DNA from: Lama guanicoe
Taxonomy: Eukaryota
Reading direction: 5' to 3'
Assembly: GCA_013239625.1 (NCBI GenBank)
Contig: MU053645.1
Location: forward strand, 682,001-734,970
Length of the DNA stretch: 52,970 nucleotides
A program made the translations under genes and the position numbers. Shown one piece after another: positions 12,726 through 25,590 of the stretch (its first letter is position 1; each line of letters starts with the position of its first letter). The notes under the pieces are model-generated. The model searched no databases and was not told where the DNA came from. It saw only the letters and a program-made list of their open reading frames with translations.

Positions 12726-13886
12726 TACATTACACATTTTACACTATGTGTACAGTTAGCTAAGGGTTAACACTTGGTCCAAAAGTAAGCAGCCAGGATT
12801 GGACACAAGATAAACCCTTCCCAGGTACTGGGGCTGGGGGTGAAGGGAAGAAGGGGCTATGAGGAAGAGTTTGAGAAAAAAATATACTGATATAATTCCA
12901 TGAATTTTCAAAAAAAATCTGCATCACTGGACAAGCAGGTGCATATGCCATTTTATGAAAGGGATCACCGGGAATCTGTTTATTTCAAACTTGATTCTAC
13001 ATTCACATTTCTTCTGGACTTGGCAGCCAGCCTTCTTTCTTACCAAGGACAACCTGTGTATTATCTCTGCTAAAAGTAGAGAAGGCTGTTTAAAATTGCC
13101 CCTTTCAACAGTTCTACCTGAAGAAAAATAGCTACATTTACTATTCTTTTCAATGCTAAATTATTACACAATGAAATCCTTAAAAAAAAAAAAAGAAACC
13201 TGTTTTTAAACTAGAGTAGGCCCCCCTCCCCTTATACTTAAGCTGCTTATGATATCCAGAGGCCAGGCTGCATCTTGGAAATATAACAGTCCCATTCAGT
13301 CAAAGTCAGCTCTGTCCCAGCTAGCTTGTGACACTGATGTTAGTTCTGTCCCCCAAAACCAGCATTACAAAGGCCTGACATTCTTCTTCAGGGCCTTTCA
13401 AGTCAGATCCTATTTTCCTGCTGTCACAAATTAAAGCCTCAGTCAGTACGACATCTACTTCCTCATTTGGCAGAAGGTTCTCTGGTGACAATAAAAATGA
13501 AGGTACTTTCTTTTCTGATAGATTTGAGAGCTTATTCACAGACAGCGCTTTTGTTTCCTTGTGAGTTCTACTAGTACAGGGAAGTGAGTATCTGAGCACT
13601 CCAGTAGTTTTCTTTTTTCTTATTTTTCTAGGAAAAAAAAAACCCCACTGCTCATAGAAATCAAAAGTGAAATGCCTGGAGTTCATACACTGCATTGTGC
13701 GTTCAAAGCTCTCAGTAATACCAAACTCTTTTCGTTTCATTTTATTCTCCTGGGACATGGAATCATTGACTCCTGGTTTATGGGAGTTATTAAACTGCAT
13801 TTCCTAATGCAATCAGAGTTTATTAGGCCTAAGTGAGAGGTAGCTTGTTCAAAAGCTTTATACTTAATGGTTTCTGCTTAAGATAA

Positions 13887-13889
<3 letters not shown>

Positions 13890-13921
<32 letters not shown>
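13890..13921. repeat. (GT)16 microsatellite
   Basis: Perfect GT run. Confidence 0.97.
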
Positions 13922-13924
<3 letters not shown>

Positions 13925-14750
13925 AAGTTTATAGCACTTCATAGTAAGTGAGGAAGAGTTTAAGAAAAGCTGGGGTGATGTCACAGTTACTGGGCACACT
14001 CCCTGCTTTGATGATCCAAATAACTCCCTGCCTGAAGCGTGCCACACAGGAGACAGCAATTATACCCTGAGCATCAGGTGCTTTACTATACTGTTAGTGA
14101 GATTTTCATATTGCTCCCCAGTATAGAAATACAGACAAACAGGTTAAGCCTATTTCCGTGCTTATGCCATGACTAGCATATACCAATAGTTGTTGTCTTT
14201 TGATTTCAGGGTTAGAGGAGTAGGCAAATTAAATTCCTAACTGCCTCCTGAGGATACCTTTTGTGGTCTATCTCATGTCATGAAAAGGAGATGATAACAT
14301 CTGGAGGAACAAAGAACAACACATCTGGTGAATGGCCTAAAATACCATTATCATGCTCAGAGCAAGAAGGTTCTAATTGGACAAAATTGATTTGGAGTCC
14401 ATTTCACATGTGCTATAAGGTCCTTGAAATTAAAAATCTTCTAGATAACAAGATAGATATTTTTCTCCCTTCAAAGTAATAAAAAGGATCATAAGACTGA
14501 AAAAGACTGCCATGGGTCTCAGACGGGCCTCCTGTTAAAAAGACCTCATCCAAGTGATACAGCAGAAGTGCATTATAAGTTACATATACGAAAATTCTGC
14601 ACTTAACTAACAGATACAATAACGATTATCCATTCCATTAACTAATCCGGTGATCCTTTACACAGTAAACTTTACTATACCATTTGTTTATATATTGTTT
14701 TGAGGAAATAAAATGGTAGGAAGCAGCAATTGAGGGGGATTTTGGTAAAT

Positions 14751-15284
14751 ATTTTTTTAATTATTGAAGTGTAGTTGATTTACAATGTTAATTTCAGGTG
14801 TGCAGCAAAGTGATTCAGTTATACATATATATACATATATACATTTTTTCTTTTCAGGTACTTTTCCAGTATATGTTATTACAAGAAATTGAATTTAGTT
14901 CCCTGTGCTATACAGTAGGTCCTTGTTATTTATCTATTCTATATATAGTAATGTGTGTCTATTAATCCCCAACCCCTAATTTATCCTTCCCCGCCCTTTC
15001 CCCTTTGGTAACCATAGTTTGTTTTCTATCTCTCTGTGTCTGTTTTTGTTTTGTGAATAGAATTTGTATCATTTATTTTAGATTCTACATGTAAGTGAAA
15101 CCATATACTAGTCTTTCTCTGTCTGACTTACTTCACTCAATATGATAATCTCTAGGTCCATCCATGTTGCTCCAAATGGCATTATTTCATTCTTTTTATG
15201 GCTGAGTGATAATCCATTGTATATATATACCACTTCTTCTTTATCCAGTCATCTGTCAATGGACATTTAGGTCATTTCCATGTC
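14751..15284 (-). mobile_element. 5'-truncated LINE-1 3' end (cetartiodactyl-type 3'UTR)
   Basis: attgaagtgtagttgatttacaatg...cagcaaagtgattcagttatacatatat...tccatccatgttgctccaaatggcattatttcattc. Probable TSD tggtaaat(g)attttt at 14743 and 15285. Confidence 0.92.
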
Positions 15285-15977
15285 TGGTAAATGATTTTTA
15301 AATGGAGGTGATTCTGATAAAAAGTATTAACTTCTTATACCTGTACAAGAATTTATAAATTATTCCCCAAAATTAAGTGTGAGTCTCTAGGTAGATTATT
15401 CATCCTGAAGTTATAAAATTAAAAACCCAATTCTCATTTGTATATTTACTGATAGGTTGTATCTTATAAACCTTTGGTACACAGACAGTAAACATGATAT
15501 TCAGCTTTGCAATGTTTGATGAAGAAAATCAACTTGACTTCTAGGAGAAAGCCACCTTTGAGAATTATAGAGATTTGTACCAAGACATATCCACTTCTAC
15601 AAATTTTCAGATTTATATTTTACTGCACTCTATTTAAGTTCAGTGCCAATCATAGATAAAATTGCAAGGTATGTGAAGATTGTCTTTGAAAGCCTGCTTC
15701 CCATTTCTTCCTTGTCCAAGCACCCTGGGCTCTCAGAATATTCTGCTTTCTCCTTCAATAAAGCTATTCTGGAGAGCAGAGAGGCCAGCATATACAAATG
15801 GGATGGTAGGAGAAGCTGGGTTTCAGATGCTACCTTTCCTAATCACTGCAACTCTTTAGTAAAGTCAAGTCTATTTGTCCTGTGAATGGACTGTACTGGG
15901 TTGAATTGCTGATGTTAGAATTGCAGCGTGGGTGATCAGTGTGAGGAGTGGGATGTTTGAGTAGCTGTTCCAGCTCT

Positions 15978-16255
15978 AATAATGATAGCTGACATTTATG
16001 GGATGTTTATTATACTAGACATTGTTCCCAGCACTTTACATGGAATAACTAATTTATCCTCAAAACACAGATATGAGGTCAACAGCTTCATGAGCTGTGC
16101 ACCATCATTATCCCAATTTACTGGCCAGAAAGATGAGGCACAGAGAGATGAAGTTACTTGTCTACAATGACAGAGCTAATAAGTAGCTCAGCAGAAAATC
16201 AAACCTAGGCAATCTGCCTCCAGAATCTGTGCTTTAAGTCATCATCCTTTACTCT
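15978..16255 (-). mobile_element. MIR SINE
   Basis: aataatgatagctgacatttat...agcactttacatggaataactaattt...gatgaggcacagagagatgaagttacttg. Confidence 0.85.
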
Positions 16256-16259
16256 GCTT

Positions 16260-16935
16260 TTGTTTTATTATCATTTCTTAATTTAAAAAGTAATACATGT
16301 TCATTAAAGAAAATTTTGAAAATAACTAAAAGTAAAAAGAAAGGAAATTAATTATTTATTTGCAAATCTACCAGTAGGAATAATCACTGTTAATTTAAGT
16401 ATATATGTATCTTTCCAAACACACACACACACGAATTTTTTGCAAAAACAAAATCAAACTGTAATATCATTTTATAAAAGAGCTATATGCTTTGATTTAA
16501 TGGGTTTACTTGTGGGTGCTTACACTACAGAAAAATATCCAGTTATAGAGAAATAATGACATGATACATTCCTACCAAATAGTTGTTTTCAATGGCCCAA
16601 ATTGTAAAGAATTCAAATGCCCATCATGGTACATTTATTCAATTATGCAGACCACTGTGCAGCCATTGAAATTGTGATTTGAGAATTTCATAAGTTTCAG
16701 AAATGCTTATGATAAAACATTAAGTTTTAAAAAGCAGTATACAAAATTGTTAAGATAGTTTGATTACAATCATGTAACCCTTATGGACAGGAAAAAAGAC
16801 TGAAATGAAATACACTAAAATGCTAATAGAATTTTTATAAACATAGTGGTATGGGGAAATCTTTTAGAATTCACTCTATATTTTATAAATATTTGCAATA
16901 CAGTTTTTTCCCAACTAATTACTTTCAATTTTAAA
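16260..16935. mobile_element. Two ancient L1ME-like 3' ends: antisense about 16260-16420, sense about 16485-16935
   Basis: aaaagtaatacatgttcatt...aatcactgttaa (antisense). ttcaaatgcccatca...tgtgcagccattgaaa...aaaaagcagtatacaaaatt...aaatacactaaaatgctaatag (sense). Confidence 0.6.
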
Positions 16936-18534
16936 GACATGCAAGGAAAAAAATTGCCCAAAGAACATATTAAATTACATATAAGGCTATCCTTGCTGTG
17001 CTTGATGGAAAGTCAAAAATTCACTAGCTGTGTCTAATGATTTTCTGAAGATAAATAAGCCTTCTAAGGACTATGGCTCTTCAACTTAGCTACCCGACCA
17101 ACCTTTCTATTTTAGAGGATTCCTCATTTTTTTTGAAAGAGTAGCTATGTCAGATCTATTGCCTAGGTTCCAATACGCAGCCAATTACTATACTCCCCCT
17201 GCTTTTCTTTTAAGATAAAACATGATGTATGAGACCTTGGAAAGATAGAAATGAGGTCTTCCTTATTGCAGAGTAGGAATGTTCAAAATTTATCCCCCAA
17301 AGTAATATAGTGTCAGACCAAATTGCCAGGGCCTCCTGACTTAAAAGATCAATTTAATTGCAACATGCTTCTTCTTGTTTCCCTTTAAATAAATCAATAA
17401 ATGGTCTGCTGTGCCTTAATTGAGATTAAATAAATGAGAAATAGGCTTAACCTTATTACAGAATTGATATTGTCAACATCTTGTCCCAGAAAGTTATATC
17501 CTGTCTGTTTTGACCATTGCCTCAGTCCGATAAATACAGCTGACTTGTCTGGTTCACTGACGGTTAAAACAGAATGGACTGAGTCTGCTCTGAGTTTATA
17601 TTTCTCATCCCATTCTACTCTGCCCTATAAAGCTAGCCAGTGATCTTTCCCTCTTCTCAACAAAAGCCTTTGGGGACAAGTGCACTAGATATGGCTAAAA
17701 GCATCAGCAGGATTTCCTTGAGAAAAGTGAAGAAAATTTGGAGAGAAAAATCATGGGTAATAATGGAAAACGAAAAAGATCATGTAATTTAAAATGTTTA
17801 TAATGAAATATTTTAGCATAGGTGTCTCTAAGAAATTACTGAACTGCGTTCCTGTGAGATGGAAATGACAATTCTTAACATTTGTCACATGGTTGGTGGG
17901 AGATCTCATAATGTTATATGATAAAGGCTGTTAGTTTATACATAAATCAAAGCAGTAAAGTAATATCTCACTTATAGGTCATTTGGTGACAAAAAGTTAG
18001 TTTAAAATGTCAGTTAAGAGTTAGTTCAGGTAACTTTCTAGGTGATTTCTCTCTTTTGCTTTCCTTTGTTCTCACTGGAAAATCTGGAAGAATGAGAGGA
18101 TAGATAAACAATAATGCTGATGGGGAAAAAAAAGTATTGTGTAATTACTTTCAAAGCATTCCTCAGTAAACGACAATAAAAACCATACAGACTGAATGAG
18201 CCAGTGTGTAAGAAGGAATTAGAGTAACTGACATTTGCTGAATCAGGGGAACTTGTATAACATATTCTTCATCTTGGTTGGATGAAAGTGAGGGATTGCA
18301 AGTGTACATGAATAAGCATTTACAATTTCTGTTAAGAATGAGGTTATAATCTAAACAAGACAATACACAAACATCCACAAATCTTTCAGAGCACAAGCAA
18401 ATCTATGTTGAAGAGCCTGGTTATGATGTGTGGACCTGCCACAAGCCTAGATTTCTCTATCCCAAGTTAGTTATTTTCATAACCAGTGAGATAGACCCAG
18501 TTGAATAAAAGTCATCTATTCATTCAATATTCAT

Positions 18535-18770
18535 GTCATATTATTCATTCAATAATTTATTGAACACATATATTCTGTCAACAAGGAACTACTCTAGGCC
18601 CTGGGAATATGTGAGTGAACAAAACAGACAAAAATTTATGCTCAGATTCTAATAAGGGAAGACAGACAATAAACAAACAAAATTAACAACTAAATTTCAT
18701 AGAATGTCAGAAAATAATGAATGATATGGAAAAAGAAAAACTCAGATCAAGATAAGGATGATAGAGAGTA
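18535..18770 (-). mobile_element. L2 3' end
   Basis: attcattcaataatttattgaacac...ctaggccctgggaatatgtgagtgaacaaaacagacaaaa...ggaagacagacaataaacaa. Confidence 0.85.
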
Positions 18771-18877
18771 TGGCACAGTGGTGTCTCTCTCTCTCCCCCT
18801 TCCTTTCTGTTTGTGTGTGAGAGAGAAGGAGAAGAGACAGACAGACAGACACAGAGAGAGAGAGTGAGTGTCAGTTA

Positions 18878-19100
18878 GGGATGCAGTTGAGGGTGGATGT
18901 GTGCTAGGGAGCAGTCAACTCTGACAGCAGGGGAGTGTTTGTTACTAACGTTGTTTAGAATTGCTGATACATGGTGATAATAAAATACAAACCAACCTTG
19001 AGTCAGACTTATAATTATTTATATTTATGTACAGACAATGTATTCCTTTATTACCTGCACTAAGTGGACGGCTTCCATGGTTTCACCCTTAGTATGCAAC
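18878..19100 (-). mobile_element. hAT-Tip100 MITE, MER96/MER97-like
   Basis: Reverse complement gcatactaaggg...gtgcaggtaataaaggaatacattgtctgta...ttttattatcaccatgtatcagcaattctaaacaacgttagt resembles the MER97 5' end. Confidence 0.6.
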
Positions 19101-19120
19101 CCTTAGTATGTCCTTAGTTT

Positions 19121-22100
19121 ATTTTTTTAATCTATTTTTATTGAAGTACAGTCAGTTTACAATGTTGTGTCAATTCCTGGTATACTGCACAATACTTCAG
19201 TCACATAGGAAAATTCTCATATTCTTCTTCACCATAGGTTACTACAATGTATTGAATATGGTCCCTGTGCTGTACATTACAAACTTGTTGTTTATCTATT
19301 TTATATATAGTAGTTAGTATCTGCAAATCTCAAACTCCCAATTTATCCCTTCCCACCCCCTTTCTCCCCTGGTAACCATAAGTTTGTTTTCTATGTCTGT
19401 GAGTCTGTTTCTGTTTTGTAAATAAGTTCATTTGTGTCATTTTTAAAGAGTCCACATATAAGTGATATCATATGGTATTTTTCTTTCTCCTTCTGGCTTA
19501 CTTCACTTAGAATGACAATCTCCAGGTCCATCCATGTTGCTGCAAATGGCATTATTTTATTCTTTTTGTGGCTGAATAGTATTCCACTGTATAAATATAC
19601 CACTTCTTCTTTATCCAGTCATTTGTCGATGAACATTTAGGTTTCCATGTCTTGGCTTTTGTAAATAGTGCTTCTATGAACATTGGGGTGCATGTATCTT
19701 TTTGAAGTAGAGTTCTCTCTGAATATATGCCCAGGAGTAGGATTGCTGGGTTACGTGGTAAGTCTATTTTTAGTTTTTTGAGAAATCTCCATACTGTTTT
19801 CCATAGTGGCTGCACCAAACTACTTTCCCATCAACAGTGTAGGAGGGTTCCCTTTCTCCACAGTCCCTCCAGCATTTATCACTTGTGGACTTTTGAATGA
19901 TGGCCATTCTGACTGGAGTGAGGTGATATCTCATTGTAGTTTTGATTTGCATTTCTCTGATAATTAGCGATATTGAGCATTTTTTCATGTGCCTATTGAC
20001 CATTTGTATGTCTTCACTGGAGAATTGCTTGTTTAGGTTTTCTGCCCATTTTTGGATTGGGTTGTTTGTTTGTTTTCTTATTAAGTTGTATGAGCTATCT
20101 ATATATTCTGGAGATTAAGCCCTTGTCAGTTTCATGTTTTGCAAACATTTTCTCCCATTCTGTAAGTTGTCTTTTTGTTTTGCTTATGGTTTCCTTTGCT
20201 GTGCAAAAGCTTGTAAGTTTAATTAGGTCACATTTGTTTATTTTTGCTTGTATTTCTATTGCTTGGGTAGACTGCCCTAGGAGAACATTGCTGAGATTTA
20301 CGTCAGATAATGTTTTGCCTATGGTTTCTTTATGAGGTTTAGCGTTTTGTCTTATGTTTAATTCTTTAAGCCATTTTGAGTTTATTTTCGTGCATGGTGT
20401 GAGGGAGTATTCTAACTTCATTGATTTACATACAGCTGTCCAGTTTTCCCAACAGCATTTGCTTAAGAGACTGTCTTTACTCCACTGTATGTTCTTGCCT
20501 CCTTTGTCAAAGATTAATTAACCAAAAGTTTGTGGATTTATTTTTGGGCTCTCTATTCTGTTCCACTGATCCATATGTTTGTTTTTGTACCAATTCCATG
20601 ATCTTTTGATTACTGTAGCTCTAGTATTGTCTGAAATCTGGGAGAGTTTTTCCTCTAGCTTCATTGTTTTTCTTCAGTAATGCTTTGGCAATTATGGCTC
20701 TTTTGTGATTCCATATAAACTTTAGGATTATTTGTTCTAATTCTGCAAAAAATGTCCTGGGTAATTGGATAGGGATTGCATTAAATCTGTAGATTGCTTT
20801 GAATAGTATGGTCATTTTAACAATATTAGGTCATCTTCAATTTCCTTAGTGAATGTTTTGCTGTTCTCCTCATATAAGTCTTTCACTTCCTTGGTCAGAT
20901 TTATTCCTAAGTATTTTATTTTTTTGGATGCACTTTTAAAAGGGATTATTTCTTTACTTTCCTTTTCTGAGATTTCGTTGTTAGTATAAAGAAATGCCAC
21001 TGATTTCTGTATGTTAATCTTGTATCCTGCTACCTTGCCAAATTCTCTTATTAGCTCTAGTGGTTTTTGTGTGGAGCCTTTGGGGTTTTCTATATATAGC
21101 ATCATGTCATCCACATATAATGACAATTTTACCTCTTCTCTTCCAATTTGGAGCCCTTTTATTTCTTTTTCTTGTTTAATAGCTATAGCTAGGACTTCCA
21201 ATACTATACTGAATAGAAGTGGTGAGAGTGGGCATCCTTGTCTTGTTCCAGATTTTAGCAGAAAGGCTTTCAGCTTTTCACCACTGAGTATTATGCTGGC
21301 TGTAGGTTTGTAATAAATAGCTTTTATGTTGAAATACATTCCCTCTATACCCACTTTGGTAAGAGTTTTTATTATAAATGGGTGTTGAATTTTATCAAAT
21401 GTGTTTTCTGCATCTATTTAGATGATCATGTGATTTTTGTCCTTTCTTTTGTTGATGTGGTGTATCACATTGACTTATTTGTGTTTGTTGAACCATCCTT
21501 GTGTCCCTGGGATGAGCCCAACTTGATTATGGTGTACGATCTTTTTTATGTGTTATTGGACTCTGTTTGCTAATATTTTATTGAGGATTTTTGCATCTAT
21601 GTTCATTAATGATATTGGCCTATAGCTTTCATTTTTGGTAGTATCCTTGGCTTTGGTATGAGGGTGATGGTGGCTTCATAGAATGAGTTTGGGGGTGTTC
21701 CCTTCTTTTCAATCTTTTGGAAGAGTTTGAAAAGGATTGGTATGAGCTCTTCTTTCTATGTTCAGTAGAATTCCTTAGTGAAGTCATCTGGTCCTGGACT
21801 TTTGTTTGTGGTGGTGGGGGAGGTTATTGATGATTCTATTTTACTTCTAGTGATTGGTTTGTTCAAGTGATCTATTTCTTCTTGATTCAGTTTTGGTGGA
21901 CTGTATGTTTCTAAAAACTTGTCCATTTCTTCTCAGTTGTCCAGTTTATTGCCATATAGTTGTTCATAGGATTCTCTTATGATTTTTTGTATTTCTGTGG
22001 TGTTGGTTGTAATCTCTCCATTTTCATGTCTTATTTTGTTTATTTATGTGCTGTCTCTTTTCTTCGTGGTGAGCCTGGCCAGAGGTTTGTCAATTTTGTT

Positions 22101-22757
22101 TATTCTTTCACAAAACCAGCTCTTGTTTTGATTGATTTTTTCTATTGTTTTCCTCCCTGATCTTTATTATTTCTTTCCCTCTGCTGACTTTGGGTTTTGT
22201 TTGTTCTTCTTTTTCTAATTCTTTTAGGTGGTAGGTTAGGTTGTTTATTTAAGATTGTTCTTCTTTTTTGAGGAAGGTCTGTATTGCTATGAACTTCCCT
22301 CTTAGGACTGCTTTTGCTTAATACCATAGATTTTGTGTGGTTGTGTTTTCATTGCCATTTGTCTCAAGGTATTTTTTCACATCTTTTTTGATTTTATCAT
22401 TGACCCATTGGTTTTTTAGTAACATGTTGTTTAGTCTCTATGAGGTCATTATTTTCTCATTTGTTTCGCTGTGGTTGATTTCTAGTTTCATGCTATTGTG
22501 GTCAGAGAAGATGCTTGGAATAATTTCTATCCTCTTAAATTTGTTGAGGCTTCTTTTGTGCCCAAGTATGTGGTCTAGCTTAGAGAATATTCCACCAGCA
22601 CTTGAAAAGAATATATATTCTGTTTTGGGGGGATGCAATGTCATAAAAATATCAACCAACTCCAAGTGTTCTATTGTGTCATTTAATATCTCCATTGTCT
22701 CATTGATTTTTCTGTCTGGAAGACCTGTCCAATGATGTTAGTGGGGTGTTAAAGTCT
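19121..22757 (-). mobile_element. LINE-1, about 3.6 kb: disrupted ORF2 (part EN, RT, C-terminus) and 3'UTR
   Basis: ORF track fragments: EYIFFSSAGGIFSKLDHILGH..SDH (EN), [29 protein letters not shown] (RT), [16 protein letters not shown] (C-terminal). Multiple stops and frameshifts. Confidence 0.98.
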
Positions 22758-22950
22758 CTACACAAACACTGCTGGCCAGAAGGGAGTGGCAGGATATATT
22801 CAGTCCTGAAAGAGAAAAAGCTGCAACCCAGGATACTCTATGCAGCAAGACTACCCTTTAGAGTAGGAGAGAAAGAATTTCACAGACAAGCAAAAACTAA
22901 AAGAATTCAGCAATACTAAATCTATGCTAAAAGAATATTAAAAGGTCTAC
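22754..22950 (+). mobile_element. Inverted 5' segment of the same L1 (ORF1 C-terminus)
   Basis: Homologous to ORF1 at 51490-51693 (ctctacacaaacact...ggccagaagggagtggca...ggtctact). TSD tgtccttagttt (19109-19120) / tgttcttaattt (22951-22962). Confidence 0.92.
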
Positions 22951-24649
22951 TGTTCTTAATTTCTGCATACTCTCATTTAAAATATGAAATAATTAAGCAA
23001 ACTGGCTTTTGTTGTATGTGTTTTCCCCATTGGTTTTCCAGGTGACTACTATCTGCCTTTGTTTGTCTTACTTCTAACTAGAAGCTTCCCTAACCAGGTT
23101 TCCTTTGAACTTTGGAGCAGGAAGGTGGTTTATGAGATAACATATCTGCCCTGTACCCAGCCATTGGACTATGATTAGAAAAAATTAGGGGTTTTAAGAA
23201 ATGATTTTTTTATTTTGACAGTTTCATTTAAAACTTTATTTTCCTTATCCTCATGCATGTATACATCCACTGAACATCCCCACCTTTAGTTCCTTTCCAA
23301 ATGCTCCATACACTATTAATTATGAGATTCTGTTAATACATCTGGTAGGAGAGTTCCAACAGCTAAAAGCTGAGATCAGCTATGAATTTGGAGTTTTTAT
23401 TAATAAACAATTCTCTATATGCTTCAAGGAACTCCCAGACTTTCCAATAAGGAATCTACATGGAAGATGACAGAATAGAGCATCCAAGATCAACCATCAA
23501 AAACCTAGCCTTCTGTGTCAAACAACTGGAATCTGTCCTGGCAGTGGTGAGCTAGACACTACCACAACCTCCCAGGGGGAGGGGAGGACATCATGCCAAA
23601 CAATTTGCTATGCTGCAATTTTAAATGAAAAGATAGTTAAACTGATTCAGATAATCAGTTGCAGAAAGAGGTATGGGCAGCAAAAGATGCTGAGGGAGGA
23701 AAACAGCAACAATGGAAAAGGTTATCCTTCAGAAAACTAACTCTTTTCAGACGCAGTATTGCTGGGCCCAGCTGGATTAGGATAATTGCAATTTGGCTCC
23801 CTTTAGCTTCACCATAGCACCAGCCTGTCTGAAATACTGTGGTGACGGAACTACGAGCACCTGAAAAATAGGAGAGGGGGGCACGGTGGAAAGTGACAGG
23901 AAGAAAGTAGTATAATCTGTATCTGTTCCTAGGCAAATGTCCAGACTCCGATGAACAGCACTGAACTTTAAAATTCAGCTACAGGAAATCCATCAAAAAG
24001 AGGTTAGGAACAGCCTATGTGTTTGTTGCACTATTCTAGGTGCTATCACTGATAAAGAAGTAAGGCATAGTCTTTTTCTCCAAGCTGTTTGCAGGCTTAC
24101 CTGTTCATCAGCAAAGAGTATCTGAGTACCTCTGACTACAATCCTGGTACTAATCTAAACTAAGGCATGTGTTCCACTGTGTCCCATCCTATGCTATTAG
24201 AAAAGGTAACGAGAACATCAAAACTGGGCTTCTAGACCTACAGCATGCACCATCCAGTTCAGTATCTTGACCTCTGACAGAGAATAAAGAAGTACATGAT
24301 GAGAAAGTATAAATAATTTCTCAGCATCTTTTCCTGAAACAGTTTAGTTTCTCTTAAAGTCAGTGGTGTGTCATTTATAAAGTATTGAGTGGGTTTACTC
24401 AAATTTTTAAATTTATTTGAAGCTACTGATACTTTCAGAAATGTACTTCTCACTATTTAATGTAACATCTCCATTTATCAGTTTTATATTTACTGCTTTC
24501 AGTCATCAAGGGACTCTCCATTTGTCTCAGGGTTAGGCATTTGAGTAAAATAAGTAACCATTCTACTTCTTCAACTTCTCCATATCTAGAGAATATGCAA
24601 TGTAGGATGTTAACATCAACATATAGCAACTCTATTTCATATTTCATAT

Positions 24650-25590
24650 ACTCTCTCCATCCTTCAAGTTTCTGATTAAATCACTTCTCTTCTGTGAATA
24701 CTTCTCTGAGTATTCCCTATCAAAGTGATCTCTTTTCTTCCACTACATAGAAAACTAATTGCCTCCTTCACTTTTCTATACAATTTTTCTTACTTTGTGC
24801 TTTGGGCTGTTATTAAATAGTTTCACATACATATATTTCATGTTTTCTAGTCATCTTATAAGCTTTTTGAGGATAAGGCACTCAGTCTAAGATACTGCTT
24901 GCCCACCTGTTAGATGCAAGGTACTGGATCAGTGCCATGGGGAATAGAGCAGAATTATGGTGAACTAGAGAGTCTATGTCCATCTTAGAAGCAGTCCCAT
25001 TAAAAAAACAAACATTTTGCTGTTTAAACAAACACATCTGGCATGCAGGCTGCCAGTTTATAAATAGTGGCTTAAACCAAGGTGTTGGAAGTGGGAATGG
25101 AAAAAAAAGAGTACACAGGAAAGGTAGAATTAACAAGCTGTGAAAGCGTATTTGATGTTTGATGGGACGGAAAAAAAATGGCATCAGAGATAGGGATTAG
25201 GTAGAAGATAATGTGTGTGGTTCAGACCATAAAGAAGGTATCAACAGAGTAACCATGATGGTTTTGCCAGTGGGGTAGGGCAGCTGGAAGTCTGAATCTA
25301 GAATTTGGGAGAGAAGCCAGAGGTAGAGATGTAGATGTTTGGAGTCATATGGGATGTTACTCAGAGAAGGTGTAGAACAAGAAAAGAAATAAGGATAAAG
25401 CCCTGGGAAGCACATGTTATTGATAAATAGAGAAAGGGAAGGCTGCATCTATGACTAAGGAGCAGAACCAACAGAATATATTGCCTCAGAACCCAAAGCA
25501 GAAGAAAGAAAAGCATAGCATAGATTTGAAAGTGTTTGGTATATAGTAGGCATGCAATAAACATTTACTGAATGAATGAATGAATGAGGC
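24650..25590. mobile_element. L2 fragments: sense about 24650-24920, antisense about 25060-25510, sense tail 25530-25587
   Basis: ccatccttcaag...ataagctttttgaggataaggc; gagagaagccagaggtagagatgtagatgtttggagtcat; atatagtaggcatgcaataaacatttactgaatgaatgaatgaatg. Confidence 0.7.
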
